NCBI GenBank assembly: GCA_030747475.1
Contig: JASLKO010000014.1
Coordinates: 1-32,653 of the forward strand
Direction of reading: 5' to 3'
Length of the DNA stretch: 32,653 nucleotides
Origin: Candidatus Thalassarchaeaceae archaeon
GTDB lineage: Archaea; Thermoplasmatota; Poseidoniia; Poseidoniales; Thalassarchaeaceae
Part shown: in pieces, positions 24,969 through 32,653 of the stretch
Numbering within the stretch: the stretch's first letter is position 1
How the letters are laid out: every line of letters begins with the position of its first letter
Translations under genes and position numbers: made by a program
The notes under the pieces: generated by a model
What the model was told of the DNA's origin: nothing
The model's database searches: none
The model's input: the letters and a program-made list of their open reading frames with translations, nothing else

Positions 24969-25763
24969 ATGCAGACCTATCTCGATCTCCTGCGGCGCAT
25001 TCTCAATGAGGGTGTCGAACGAAGTGACCGTACAGGGACAGGAACGTTATCCGTTTTTGGTCATCAAATGCGATTCGACCTCTCCGAAGGTTTTCCTGCA
25101 GTTACTACCAAGAAATTGCACTGGCCCAGTATCATTCATGAGTTACTTTGGTTCATTTCAGGAGATACCAATGTGAGATATCTTCAGGAAAATAAAGTCA
25201 GAATCTGGAACGAATGGGCTGATGAAAATGGTGATCTCGGCCCAGTATATGGGAAACAATGGCGGAAATGGGAATCCAAAGATGGGCGAATCATCGACCA
25301 AATCGAGCAAGCTATTGAGTTAATCAAGACCAATCCATCAAGTCGTCGAATTCTCGTTAGTGCCTGGAATGTTGGTGAACTTGAAGAGATGGCACTGATG
25401 CCTTGCCATGCCTTCTTCCAATTCTATGTCGCCAATGGAAAGTTGTCATGCCAATTGTACCAAAGAAGCGCAGATGTATTCTTGGGAGTTCCATTCAACA
25501 TTGCATCATATGCACTGTTGACGCTCATGATGGCTCAAGTTTGTGGACTAGGAGCTGGAGAGTTCATCCATACCATTGGTGATGCACACCTTTACCTCAA
25601 TCATCTAGATCAAGCCAGAGAACAAATTTCTCGTGAACCTCTGTCACTTCCTAAATTAAAATTAGAACCAAGTATTGCCAATATCGATGACTTCACAGCA
25701 GAACATATCGAAGTTGAGGGGTATGAGCATCACCCTCACATTTCAGCACCCATTAGTGTCTAG
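24969..25763 (+). CDS. thyA: Thymidylate synthase (ThyA, bacterial type)
   Basis: 264 aa. [12 protein letters not shown] start. The [44 protein letters not shown] block is near-identical to the E. coli ThyA active-site region as I remember it. Confidence 0.95.
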   Translation: MQTYLDLLRRILNEGVERSDRTGTGTLSVFGHQMRFDLSEGFPAVTTKKLHWPSIIHELLWFISGDTNVRYLQENKVRIWNEWADENGDLGPVYGKQWRKWESKDGRIIDQIEQAIELIKTNPSSRRILVSAWNVGELEEMALMPCHAFFQFYVANGKLSCQLYQRSADVFLGVPFNIASYALLTLMMAQVCGLGAGEFIHTIGDAHLYLNHLDQAREQISREPLSLPKLKLEPSIANIDDFTAEHIEVEGYEHHPHISAPISV

Positions 25764-25771
25764 GTGATGGT

Positions 25772-26278
25772 ATGAAAATTGCAATGATTGTTGCCATGGA
25801 CGAGAATGGTTGCATCGGCAATCAAGGTAATTTGCCTTGGAGATTAAAATCTGACATGCTACGATTCAAGTCCCTGACTGAGGGCGATGGTTACAATGCA
25901 GTCATCATGGGCAGAAAAACTTGGGACTCATTACCTGAGTCTTTTCGACCACTTCCCGAAAGAGTGAATGTCGTCATGTCCAGGGATACGAAATGGTCTG
26001 CTGACGGCGCTGATGCAGCACTATACCCTGGCAGGGCAATTGAAATTGCTTATGCAGAAGCGTGCGATGAATGTTGGATAATCGGAGGTGCTCAAATATA
26101 TGCCATGTATCTTGACAAGGTAGAAGAAATTCACATCACTACAGTTCACACTACAAGCAGTGGAGACGTGTCTTTTCCCGAATGGAACCGTAGTGGATGG
26201 TCGGAGGAAATCGTCGAATCAACTGAAGCAGATGATGAAAACGAATTTTCGACAACATATTCAATATGGAAAAAATAA
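25772..26278 (+). CDS. folA: Dihydrofolate reductase
   Basis: Carries MIVAMDENGCIGNQGNLPW, VIMGRKTWDSLP and IGGAQIY motifs. It starts 8 nt after the thyA stop. Confidence 0.9.
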   Translation: MKIAMIVAMDENGCIGNQGNLPWRLKSDMLRFKSLTEGDGYNAVIMGRKTWDSLPESFRPLPERVNVVMSRDTKWSADGADAALYPGRAIEIAYAEACDECWIIGGAQIYAMYLDKVEEIHITTVHTTSSGDVSFPEWNRSGWSEEIVESTEADDENEFSTTYSIWKK

Positions 26279-26281
26279 CCA

Positions 26282-27097
26282 TCATTGTACACAATATGGG
26301 CAATGTTTCCCAATGACATATTCTCCACTTTGTTGCTCATCGTGGAGCAATGGTTCACGGCATGCAAAACAAACGATTGTGTCAGTCTCTTCTAATTCAG
26401 AATTTACGGCAACCCTTCGATCAAATACGAAGCAATCACCATTCCAATAATCGCCACCGACCTCCTCAAAGTAACCAAGTATTCCACCCTGTAATTGATG
26501 GACATCTGAAAATCCTTCATTGATTAGTAATTGTGACGCTTTCTCGCAACGAATACCACCTGTACAGAACATGACCAAGGGTTTGTCCTTGTTCAACGAA
26601 GAATTCTGAACCGCTTGTGGGAATGCACGGAATGTGGTAATGTTGAAATCAACTGCATCGGCGAATGTACCCAATCTGATTTCGTAGTCATTACGTGTAT
26701 CGAGAATGGTAATTTCGCGACCTTCATCAAGCCATTTCTTGAACTCGGATGGAGTAATGTTTGGAGCTGTTGATTGTTCAGGAATAATTTCTTCACGACC
26801 CATCGAGATGATTTCTTTCTTCAGTCTAACATACATCTTTCGGAATGCGCAATCCATGCTGTAAGATACTCTGAAATGCATGTTGATGAAACGCTCGTCT
26901 TGTTCCAAGAAAGCGATGAAACCGTCGATGGAGGATTGTTTACCGGACAGAAAGATGTTGATGCCTTCATGACTCAGTAGAATCGTCCCAAGTATGTCAA
27001 GTTCCTTGCACACCCTTCTAAATGGTTCACGAAGTTCGTCTCGATCATTGAGGGTAACGAAACGATAACCGGAGATATTAACGAAATCCGTGGCCAT
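26282..27097 (-). CDS. trhO: Rhodanese-domain protein of the UPF0176/YceA family (tRNA U34 hydroxylase TrhO-like)
   Basis: N-terminal YRFVTL...GTILLSHEGINIFLSG, the rhodanese active-site loop FCTGGIRCEKAS, and C-terminal Cys pairs (CFAC...CPYC). Confidence 0.75.
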   Translation of the reverse strand: MATDFVNISGYRFVTLNDRDELREPFRRVCKELDILGTILLSHEGINIFLSGKQSSIDGFIAFLEQDERFINMHFRVSYSMDCAFRKMYVRLKKEIISMGREEIIPEQSTAPNITPSEFKKWLDEGREITILDTRNDYEIRLGTFADAVDFNITTFRAFPQAVQNSSLNKDKPLVMFCTGGIRCEKASQLLINEGFSDVHQLQGGILGYFEEVGGDYWNGDCFVFDRRVAVNSELEETDTIVCFACREPLLHDEQQSGEYVIGKHCPYCVQ

Positions 27098-27141
27098 GTA
27101 TTCTTCCGAATCGATGGTTACACTTCAATGCTGAGGAGGCG

Positions 27142-27921
27142 TTAGTGATCGAGTCCAGCTATAAATTTCTCAGCATTGATTGCAACATCGTCGACACCAA
27201 TTTGATCGAAAGGATTCTCAAGATGTTCTTGGATATTGTCAAGCCCCACGAGAATAAAGGCAAACAAAAGTGGCATGACATACTCCAGATACATGGTATA
27301 ACCTGCACTCGATGCCACAAAATAAGGACCATACACAATTGGCAACACCAAGATGAAGAAATCGCTGTATGCCCGAAGTGAACGTGGTGTCCTATATTGG
27401 TAAATGTGCTTAATATTTTCAAATGCAACCATCATTTTTGACTTGAATGAATACAAGCGAGAACACTCTCCACCTGGTAGGCCTTTGTCTCGGAGTTCAA
27501 CACGTATTAATTTGGACAAATCCGAAAATGCAGCATAAACTCCGATTTCATGCTCTTTCATTTCAGATTCTGGACTCGTGAATAAATCTCTCATCCCAAT
27601 CATTAGATTTCCAAGATTTGTTTTTGTATTCTCAAGGCTGATTTGATCTGCTTCAGGCATCCAGTCACGGACTGCATAATACATTGCACGGCCATGTGCC
27701 TTGATTGTGCCATAGTGTGCCAGTGCAGCCTCACGTCTCTTGTATGCACCACCAATTGAAAATACGATCGGGAAAATAATCGCTGTCGAAATCAATGTTA
27801 ATGGAAAACTACCCTGTATCTCAAATTCTCGACAAATTATCATCGAACCAACAGCGAGAAATGATACATAGAGAGTTTTGAAATCGACAATGAGGCGAAC
27901 TTTAGTTAATGATTCAAACAT
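27142..27921 (-). CDS. Bestrophin-family (UPF0187/YneE-like) anion channel homologue
   Basis: Four hydrophobic helices and the C-terminal signature GLDNIQEHLENPFDQIGVDDV. The ATG is at 27921; the ORF-track start at 27945 is TTG. Confidence 0.6.
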   Translation of the reverse strand: MFESLTKVRLIVDFKTLYVSFLAVGSMIICREFEIQGSFPLTLISTAIIFPIVFSIGGAYKRREAALAHYGTIKAHGRAMYYAVRDWMPEADQISLENTKTNLGNLMIGMRDLFTSPESEMKEHEIGVYAAFSDLSKLIRVELRDKGLPGGECSRLYSFKSKMMVAFENIKHIYQYRTPRSLRAYSDFFILVLPIVYGPYFVASSAGYTMYLEYVMPLLFAFILVGLDNIQEHLENPFDQIGVDDVAINAEKFIAGLDH

Positions 27922-27966
27922 TTTTTCACCGAATTTGGGTTTCAAAACCTATTCTATAATCTTAAG

Positions 27967-28374
27967 TTATTCTCCAGTATACTCTGTGACTCTAATTCCC
28001 ATTCCACCTCGTTTGGATGGTCGCTGCATAATTCGATTCAACTTCTTGTGGAATTCAGCTTCCAAATCAACTTCCATGGCCAACGCATTCCCGAGTGTCA
28101 GAATGAAAACGTCAGCCAACTCTTCAGCCACCTCTTCCTTTGGTTTGCCTTTGGTAATCGCTGCTGATAATTCACCTAATTCTTCGATGACCAATGCCAA
28201 TCGATATCCCATGTCGTGTCCATTGTTCTCTGGATTGGCAAAATCGTGTTTATGATGGAACTTCGCAACTCGCGCCATCATCGTTTCAAAGGAACCATTT
28301 GGAACCCCTGTATCTCCAATATCCTCTTGAGTCAGATGATTCATCCATTCGTCAACACTTGTCGCTCTCGCCAT
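27967..28374 (-). CDS. MazG-like nucleoside triphosphate pyrophosphohydrolase
   Basis: Carries the EELGELSAAITKG...EVAEELADVFILTLGNA (EExxE...ExxD) motif of all-alpha NTP pyrophosphatases. 135 aa. Confidence 0.6.
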   Translation of the reverse strand: MARATSVDEWMNHLTQEDIGDTGVPNGSFETMMARVAKFHHKHDFANPENNGHDMGYRLALVIEELGELSAAITKGKPKEEVAEELADVFILTLGNALAMEVDLEAEFHKKLNRIMQRPSKRGGMGIRVTEYTGE

Positions 28375-28405
28375 ACACGGGTGGCGACAATGTCAGCCGA
28401 TGAAC

Positions 28406-29161
28406 CTACGCCACATCAGCAATCGCCATAATCGCATTGAAAACTCGTTCACGCATCGATGCTGCAAGGTCCTCGACTGAATGATGATCTACTGGAGCCA
28501 ATTCATTCCCTGGGTCTTTTCCAGCAGCCCAATTACTGGACAATAACAGGCCAACGTGACGTGTTTCTTTCTCTGAGACACATCGAGCCTCCCCTCCAAT
28601 GGTCATGTTGACCGAGGTTGCGCCGAGACGAAAGTAAGCTTCAACATCAGCCCGAGATTCAAACTGTGGTCCACTGGCTTGTGCGACTATTTGTTTCATC
28701 GCATTCGGTCCAGCACCATCCTGTCCAGACAATGATTTAGCAGCAACGGAACTGAGTTTTCGATTAAACATCTCAGTTCGATTAACGTGTACAGCATTAT
28801 CGTCATGAAAACTCCAAACTGTGCCAGAAATATCCAACATATCATCAGCAACCCCAACAATTCCTGGTGGGAAGTCTGAATCCATACTACCAACACACCA
28901 AACGCTGATGGCAGCCGAAGGTTGGAATGCAGCCATTGCATAGACATTAGCGCGATGTTCAATACTGTGAGGAGGATTCACAAGTCCATCCGGGTGATGA
29001 TGTCGATAAATGAACATTAATTCGTGCCCATTCACATTAACAACGGTGCAAGGCACCTCACCCCATGGAGTTTCAGAATGGAATGTATCACTATCAGATC
29101 CCTCAATAGAAGTCGCTAACTCAGTCATCCCTGTTCCGCAAAGAATGCTCAGGCGAGCCAT
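28406..29161 (-). CDS. Purine-nucleoside / 5'-methylthioadenosine phosphorylase family protein
   Basis: Carries N-terminal LSILCGTG, FIYRHHHPDG...PPHSIEHRANVYAM and VGSMDSDFPPG blocks typical of the MTAP/PNP-I family. The ATG is at 29161; the ORF-track start at 29173 is GTG. Confidence 0.6.
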   Translation of the reverse strand: MARLSILCGTGMTELATSIEGSDSDTFHSETPWGEVPCTVVNVNGHELMFIYRHHHPDGLVNPPHSIEHRANVYAMAAFQPSAAISVWCVGSMDSDFPPGIVGVADDMLDISGTVWSFHDDNAVHVNRTEMFNRKLSSVAAKSLSGQDGAGPNAMKQIVAQASGPQFESRADVEAYFRLGATSVNMTIGGEARCVSEKETRHVGLLLSSNWAAGKDPGNELAPVDHHSVEDLAASMRERVFNAIMAIADVA

Positions 29162-29180
29162 TACCGCCACCACCTAAGAA

Positions 29181-30134
29181 TCACTCTTGGAGTCGAGCGA
29201 TGAGTTCATCCTTCTTTCCAGATACTGGCTTTCCGGCTTCCTTCAAAGCAACCTTCAATTGAGCAACGGTCATTGATGCGAAATCTGGTACGTCTTCAGA
29301 TGCAACTTCTTCAGATGCAACTTCTTCAGATACTTCTTCCTCGGCATCAACACCTGCATCATCAGAGGATGCTTCGCCAGCAACTTCGGCACCAGCGAGA
29401 ACATCAGGACTGTTATCTTCACCATCTTCATCTTCACCTCGAGCTGCATCAAGAACTGCTTTCTTGGCTGCAGCCACGCGATTTTCTTCCTCGCGAATTT
29501 CATCCAATGTTGGACCGTCATCCGATACGACTCCGTCAACAACAAGTTGACTCTTTCGCAGAATCACTGAACGGACGGATACGACCTTTCGGGAGGCTTG
29601 CTCAATTTGTTGTTCAAGTTCACCAGATAGAATCATCTTCTGCAGTGATACCCATGTATTACTAGCAGCTGTCTGAAGAAGGATGTTCCGACAGGCATCT
29701 CTTACTGCCTGTTTTTGACTTGTCTTCACTCGGCTTTGTGTGACGATGAAGGGCTTCAAACGGACATAATATCCATCATCAGTAATGGCATCAATGACAT
29801 CATCAATCTTACCACGGTATCGGCGGACTTGTCGGCGGACATGATCTTTCAATACTTCGTGTCCAGCGAATTCAGTAATTGCATCTTGGCCAATAATTTC
29901 AGTTACTCTAAACTTGATTTTGACGTTCATCTTACTGAAATCGCCATCCAATTCCTGTTGAGTGATTTCATACATTCGACCGATGAGGAGTTCATCTTCT
30001 TCACCCAAGGTTTCTCCGATGATTTTGAAATTCCATGGCTGGCGAGGCGCGCGGATGTTATACCACCGCTTCGCCTTCCATTTGTCCTTCTGCTTACGGG
30101 CTGCCGCTCTTGATGATGCTCCCTTGCTTGCCAT
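29181..30134 (-). CDS. rps3ae: 30S ribosomal protein S3Ae (eS1) with a C-terminal acidic-repeat + SAP/HeH-motif extension
   Basis: Core aa 1-199 (KDKWKAKRWYNIRAP..., FAGHEVLKDHVRRQVRR, VKTSQKQAVR) matches S3Ae. aa 200-317 form an extra tail ending MTVAQLKVALKEAGKPVSGKKDELIARLQE. Confidence 0.9.
   Translation of the reverse strand: MASKGASSRAAARKQKDKWKAKRWYNIRAPRQPWNFKIIGETLGEEDELLIGRMYEITQQELDGDFSKMNVKIKFRVTEIIGQDAITEFAGHEVLKDHVRRQVRRYRGKIDDVIDAITDDGYYVRLKPFIVTQSRVKTSQKQAVRDACRNILLQTAASNTWVSLQKMILSGELEQQIEQASRKVVSVRSVILRKSQLVVDGVVSDDGPTLDEIREEENRVAAAKKAVLDAARGEDEDGEDNSPDVLAGAEVAGEASSDDAGVDAEEEVSEEVASEEVASEDVPDFASMTVAQLKVALKEAGKPVSGKKDELIARLQE
29293..29333. repeat. 15-nt tandem repeat TCTTCAGATGCAACT (2 perfect copies plus a partial third) encoding EEVAS repeats in the S3Ae tail
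   Basis: Copies at 29293-29307 and 29308-29322 are identical; 29323-29333 is a partial third copy. Confidence 0.85.
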
Positions 30135-30211
30135 GGTCTCGGACTCCTTCGGTCATGGGGGCTACCCCACTTGCGAGCCGCCGACCTAACTCCAGTATAT
30201 GAACGGAGCCC

Positions 30212-30277
30212 TTAGACCCCGAAGGGGTCATTTCTCTACAATTAGACTACGACCCATTGATAGACTAGTGATTAGAC
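30212..30277. promoter_or_regulatory. TTAGAC hexamers at exact 30-nt spacing (30212, 30242, 30272), plus ATAGAC (30260) and the hairpin GACCCC-gaa-GGGGTC (30215-30229), in the rps3ae / DUF54 divergent intergenic region
   Basis: Read directly from the sequence. Three identical hexamers in about 160 nt is far above chance expectation. Confidence 0.45.
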
Positions 30278-30293
30278 GACGGGTTGAGAGCAT

Positions 30294-30767
30294 ATGGCAG
30301 TACACAATCTGATGTGGGTGGCCACCTCAAGTGCTGTAGGTATGAAAGAGGTAATTCAGTCAGCCCTAGATTGGCTCACTGGTGACTATGCAGAAATCAA
30401 GTGTGAAAAAGTTCGCTCATATCATGGGCCGAAAATGGTGATGATGAGAGCATATGTTGGCAATAAAAAAGACGCAACCAATGCTGTGTGCCATCTTGGT
30501 GCAGATTTGTTGAACTCTTTGGGAGAATCCAATCAACTCTCCGACCGAATTGACGAGAGTAACACCTTGCATATCCGCCTAGATTTGGCCGCCCTAGTCA
30601 GAGGTGAAATTCATCTGGCTGACGAGAGTAGTTTGGAGATTGTCAAAGGCCGCATTAAATTGGAAGTATATCCAGGACAAGATGTGCTGCAGAGAGCGAA
30701 GGATATGCTTGAAAACGCAGCATCAAAGGCATATCAGAATGATTTTCCGATATCATTGGACACATGA
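30294..30767 (+). CDS. Predicted RNA-binding protein (resembles the DUF54/COG1931 'exosome-associated' family)
   Basis: 157 aa. The pattern KEVIQSALDWL...SYHGPKMVMMRAYV...LHIRLDLAALVRGEIHL resembles the family consensus as I remember it. The assignment is weak. Confidence 0.4.
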   Translation: MAVHNLMWVATSSAVGMKEVIQSALDWLTGDYAEIKCEKVRSYHGPKMVMMRAYVGNKKDATNAVCHLGADLLNSLGESNQLSDRIDESNTLHIRLDLAALVRGEIHLADESSLEIVKGRIKLEVYPGQDVLQRAKDMLENAASKAYQNDFPISLDT

Positions 30768-30833
30768 AGAATGATATATTTCAAGTACCCTAATTACAAG
30801 CATTGATATTGGAATGACTATCCAGTAGCAATC

Positions 30834-31112
30834 ATGACCCACGTAGTCACGTCACCTTGTGTGGATAAGAAGTACCAAGAATGCGTAGCAGTTTGCCCCG
30901 TAGAGGCATTTCGCGAACTACCCACATATCTTGTCATCGATCCAGATGAATGTATTGATTGTGGAGCATGTATTGCCGAATGCCCTGTAGATGCGATTTT
31001 TGCAGATACTGATGTTCCTACTGAAGAAGAAGCGTGGATTCAACGCAATGAGGACGAATCGCCTGGTGCAGAGATTGCAGAAGGTGATTCACCCGTTCTA
31101 GCAGATGACTGA
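30834..31112 (+). CDS. fdxA: 7Fe (3Fe-4S + 4Fe-4S) ferredoxin, Azotobacter FdI / FdxA type
   Basis: [25 protein letters not shown]...[24 protein letters not shown] parallels the remembered Azotobacter FdI sequence, with the same Cys spacing. Confidence 0.75.
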   Translation: MTHVVTSPCVDKKYQECVAVCPVEAFRELPTYLVIDPDECIDCGACIAECPVDAIFADTDVPTEEEAWIQRNEDESPGAEIAEGDSPVLADD

Positions 31113-31170
31113 GCGTCACCCTTTCTGACGAAGGTTCTAATGCGCGACATCGGTCCACGGACTGATTCAG

Positions 31171-32157
31171 ATGTCGATTGACCTCAACCATATGCGTAAG
31201 GGTACAGAATTGCTTAAGCGTGGTTTTGCCAAGATGCAGGAGGGCGGCGTCATCATGGACGTTGTCACACCCGAACAAGCTCACATCGCAGAGGATGCTG
31301 GGGCAACCAGTGTAATGGCACTAGAACGGGTACCAGCTGACATTCGTGCGGATGGTGGCGTAGCGCGTATGAGTCATCCAGAATTGATCCAAGGGATCAT
31401 TGAGACGACCAGTATCCCTGTGATGGCGAAAGCACGAATTGGTCACGATGAAGAAGCACGTGTTTTAGAGGCACTTGGAGTCGATATGGTTGATGAATCA
31501 GAAGTCCTAACGCCGGCAGACCCATTTTATCACATCGCGAAGAATAATTTCTCAATCCCTTTTGTATGTGGTTGCACCAACCTTGGTGAAGCGGTTAGAC
31601 GTGTTGTTGAAGGGGCAGCGATGATTAGAACAAAGGGTGAAGCGGGAACTGGAAATGTGGTTGCTGCTGTACAACATGCAAGAATTGTCGCTGCTGAAAT
31701 TGATTTGATTCAACGCTCAACATCTCAAGAATTTGAGACAATTGCATCTACAATTAGTGACGGTTTTCGGCGACTGGAATCTGCTTCTGAACACCAACTA
31801 AATGTAATCAATACACCATTTGGGTCCCTCAGCGATGTACACACAGGTGTACTCGAAGTTCTTGGAGAAGTTAGAGAAATGGGGCGATTGCCTGTTGTGA
31901 CATTCTCTGCGGGTGGAATTGCAACCCCTGCAGATGCGGCACTTCTGATGAGGCACGGAATGGATGGAGTATTCGTCGGATCTGGGATTTTCAAATCTGA
32001 AAATCCAATCACTACAGCAGAAGCTATTGTCATGGCAACCCATCATTTCAATGATGCAGAAAAAATTGCTGAGGCAAGCGGAATGATGGCTGGCAAGGCC
32101 ATGGATGGATTGGAAATTGAGTCACTAGATGTCCGTATGGATCAGCGTGGTTGGTGA
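31171..32157 (+). CDS. pdxS: Pyridoxal 5'-phosphate synthase subunit PdxS
   Basis: Carries [46 protein letters not shown] and [12 protein letters not shown] motifs. 328 aa, matching the long archaeal form. No pdxT is adjacent. Confidence 0.9.
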   Translation: MSIDLNHMRKGTELLKRGFAKMQEGGVIMDVVTPEQAHIAEDAGATSVMALERVPADIRADGGVARMSHPELIQGIIETTSIPVMAKARIGHDEEARVLEALGVDMVDESEVLTPADPFYHIAKNNFSIPFVCGCTNLGEAVRRVVEGAAMIRTKGEAGTGNVVAAVQHARIVAAEIDLIQRSTSQEFETIASTISDGFRRLESASEHQLNVINTPFGSLSDVHTGVLEVLGEVREMGRLPVVTFSAGGIATPADAALLMRHGMDGVFVGSGIFKSENPITTAEAIVMATHHFNDAEKIAEASGMMAGKAMDGLEIESLDVRMDQRGW

Positions 32158-32159
32158 GT

Positions 32160-32399
32160 ATGGGGTTTTTCGGGCGTTGGTTCGGATTTGAAGGTTGGAA
32201 ACGACTGAATGCCTCGCAGAGTGTACTGCAACAAATCGCTTACAGAATTGGTTTTGCTATCGGTTTAGCAGTGTTCATCATCGCGTATGTTATGATACGT
32301 AAACAGGACCCAACTTGGGAATTGGTTCCAATCACATTGGTATGGTTTCTCATTTATCAGAGCCTACTCAATTTCATTTTTGTACAAGGTTCGCGCTAG
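32160..32399 (+). CDS. Small membrane protein (two TMs)
   Basis: The ATG at 32160 lies just after the pdxS stop. The ORF-track start at 32151 is TTG and overlaps pdxS. Two hydrophobic helices. No family recognised. Confidence 0.4.
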   Translation: MGFFGRWFGFEGWKRLNASQSVLQQIAYRIGFAIGLAVFIIAYVMIRKQDPTWELVPITLVWFLIYQSLLNFIFVQGSR

Positions 32400-32410
32400 G
32401 AAGGGATCAC

Positions 32411-32653
32411 ATGGATGTTGTCACAGAATTATCGGATGGGAGATGTAGTGAAATCGCCTATATGTCATCCAGTCCATTTGAGGTCCACCAGATATTGGTC
32501 AAGATGGATTTCACCCCAGAACACCCGGTGTTTGGCCATCTATTAATGCCAGAAAACGTAGAGGACATCGTACCTTGTGTCATTGCTTGTCACGGGAGTA
32601 TGGGTTGGCGTGCACATCATCATGAACACATCAATTGTTGGCTAGAGGCTGGC
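32411..32653 (+). CDS. Partial CDS (5' part, runs off the window end), possibly an alpha/beta-hydrolase (dienelactone-hydrolase-like)
   Basis: An ATG at 32411 is followed by 81 sense codons to the window edge. GHLLMPENVEDIVPCVIACHGSMGW resembles the N-terminal strand and oxyanion region of DLH-type hydrolases. Confidence 0.35.
   Translation, partial: MDVVTELSDGRCSEIAYMSSSPFEVHQILVKMDFTPEHPVFGHLLMPENVEDIVPCVIACHGSMGWRAHHHEHINCWLEAG

Noticed and set aside
31114-31130. Hairpin CGTCA-ccctttc-TGACG just after the ferredoxin stop, as an intrinsic terminator.
   Set aside because: The stem is only 5 bp with no following T-tract, and archaeal termination relies on oligo-T rather than hairpins. That is too weak to call.
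1-32653. A search for CRISPR arrays, transposases or IS ends, integrases, toxin-antitoxin pairs or known defence genes.
   Set aside because: I saw no regularly spaced direct repeats beyond the small tandem repeats reported above. No ORF has transposase, integrase, Cas, restriction or toxin motifs.

Overview
This 32.6-kb window looks like an archaeal chromosome segment. The archaeal markers are an RNase P RNA, aCPSF1/FttA, proteasome beta, ribosomal protein S3Ae, SepF, a ZPR1 zinc finger and a PdaD-family protein. It is gene-dense and mostly housekeeping. It also carries several bacterial-type genes: PlsC acyltransferase, an E. coli-like ThyA plus DHFR, TrhO, a bestrophin homologue, MazG and an Azotobacter-type 7Fe ferredoxin. 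By inference this mix fits a Marine-Group-II/Thermoplasmatota-like lineage. I support 33 protein-coding genes, two tRNAs (Lys-CUU, Pro-UGG) and one RNase P RNA that sits under a pile of spurious ORFs. I found no CRISPR array, transposase, integrase or recognisable defence or toxin-antitoxin module, so I cannot name a clear new system. The observations most worth a second look are: (1) a PdaD-family protein whose pyruvoyl-forming Ser-Ser site reads Glu-Gly, next to a zinc-ribbon gene; (2) S3Ae with a ~118-aa C-terminal acidic repeat plus a SAP/HeH motif; (3) a 1788-aa type-I surface protein with canonical EF-hand loops, one of them in its predicted cytoplasmic tail; (4) a ~90-aa insertion in the TrpRS catalytic core; (5) a sharp codon-usage and GC break at about 3.4-3.7 kb, pointing to foreign origin or chimeric assembly of the RND exporter gene; (6) structured or repeat-bearing intergenic spacers. 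All coordinates and motifs were read by hand. Every homology statement comes from remembered family motifs, not from searches.
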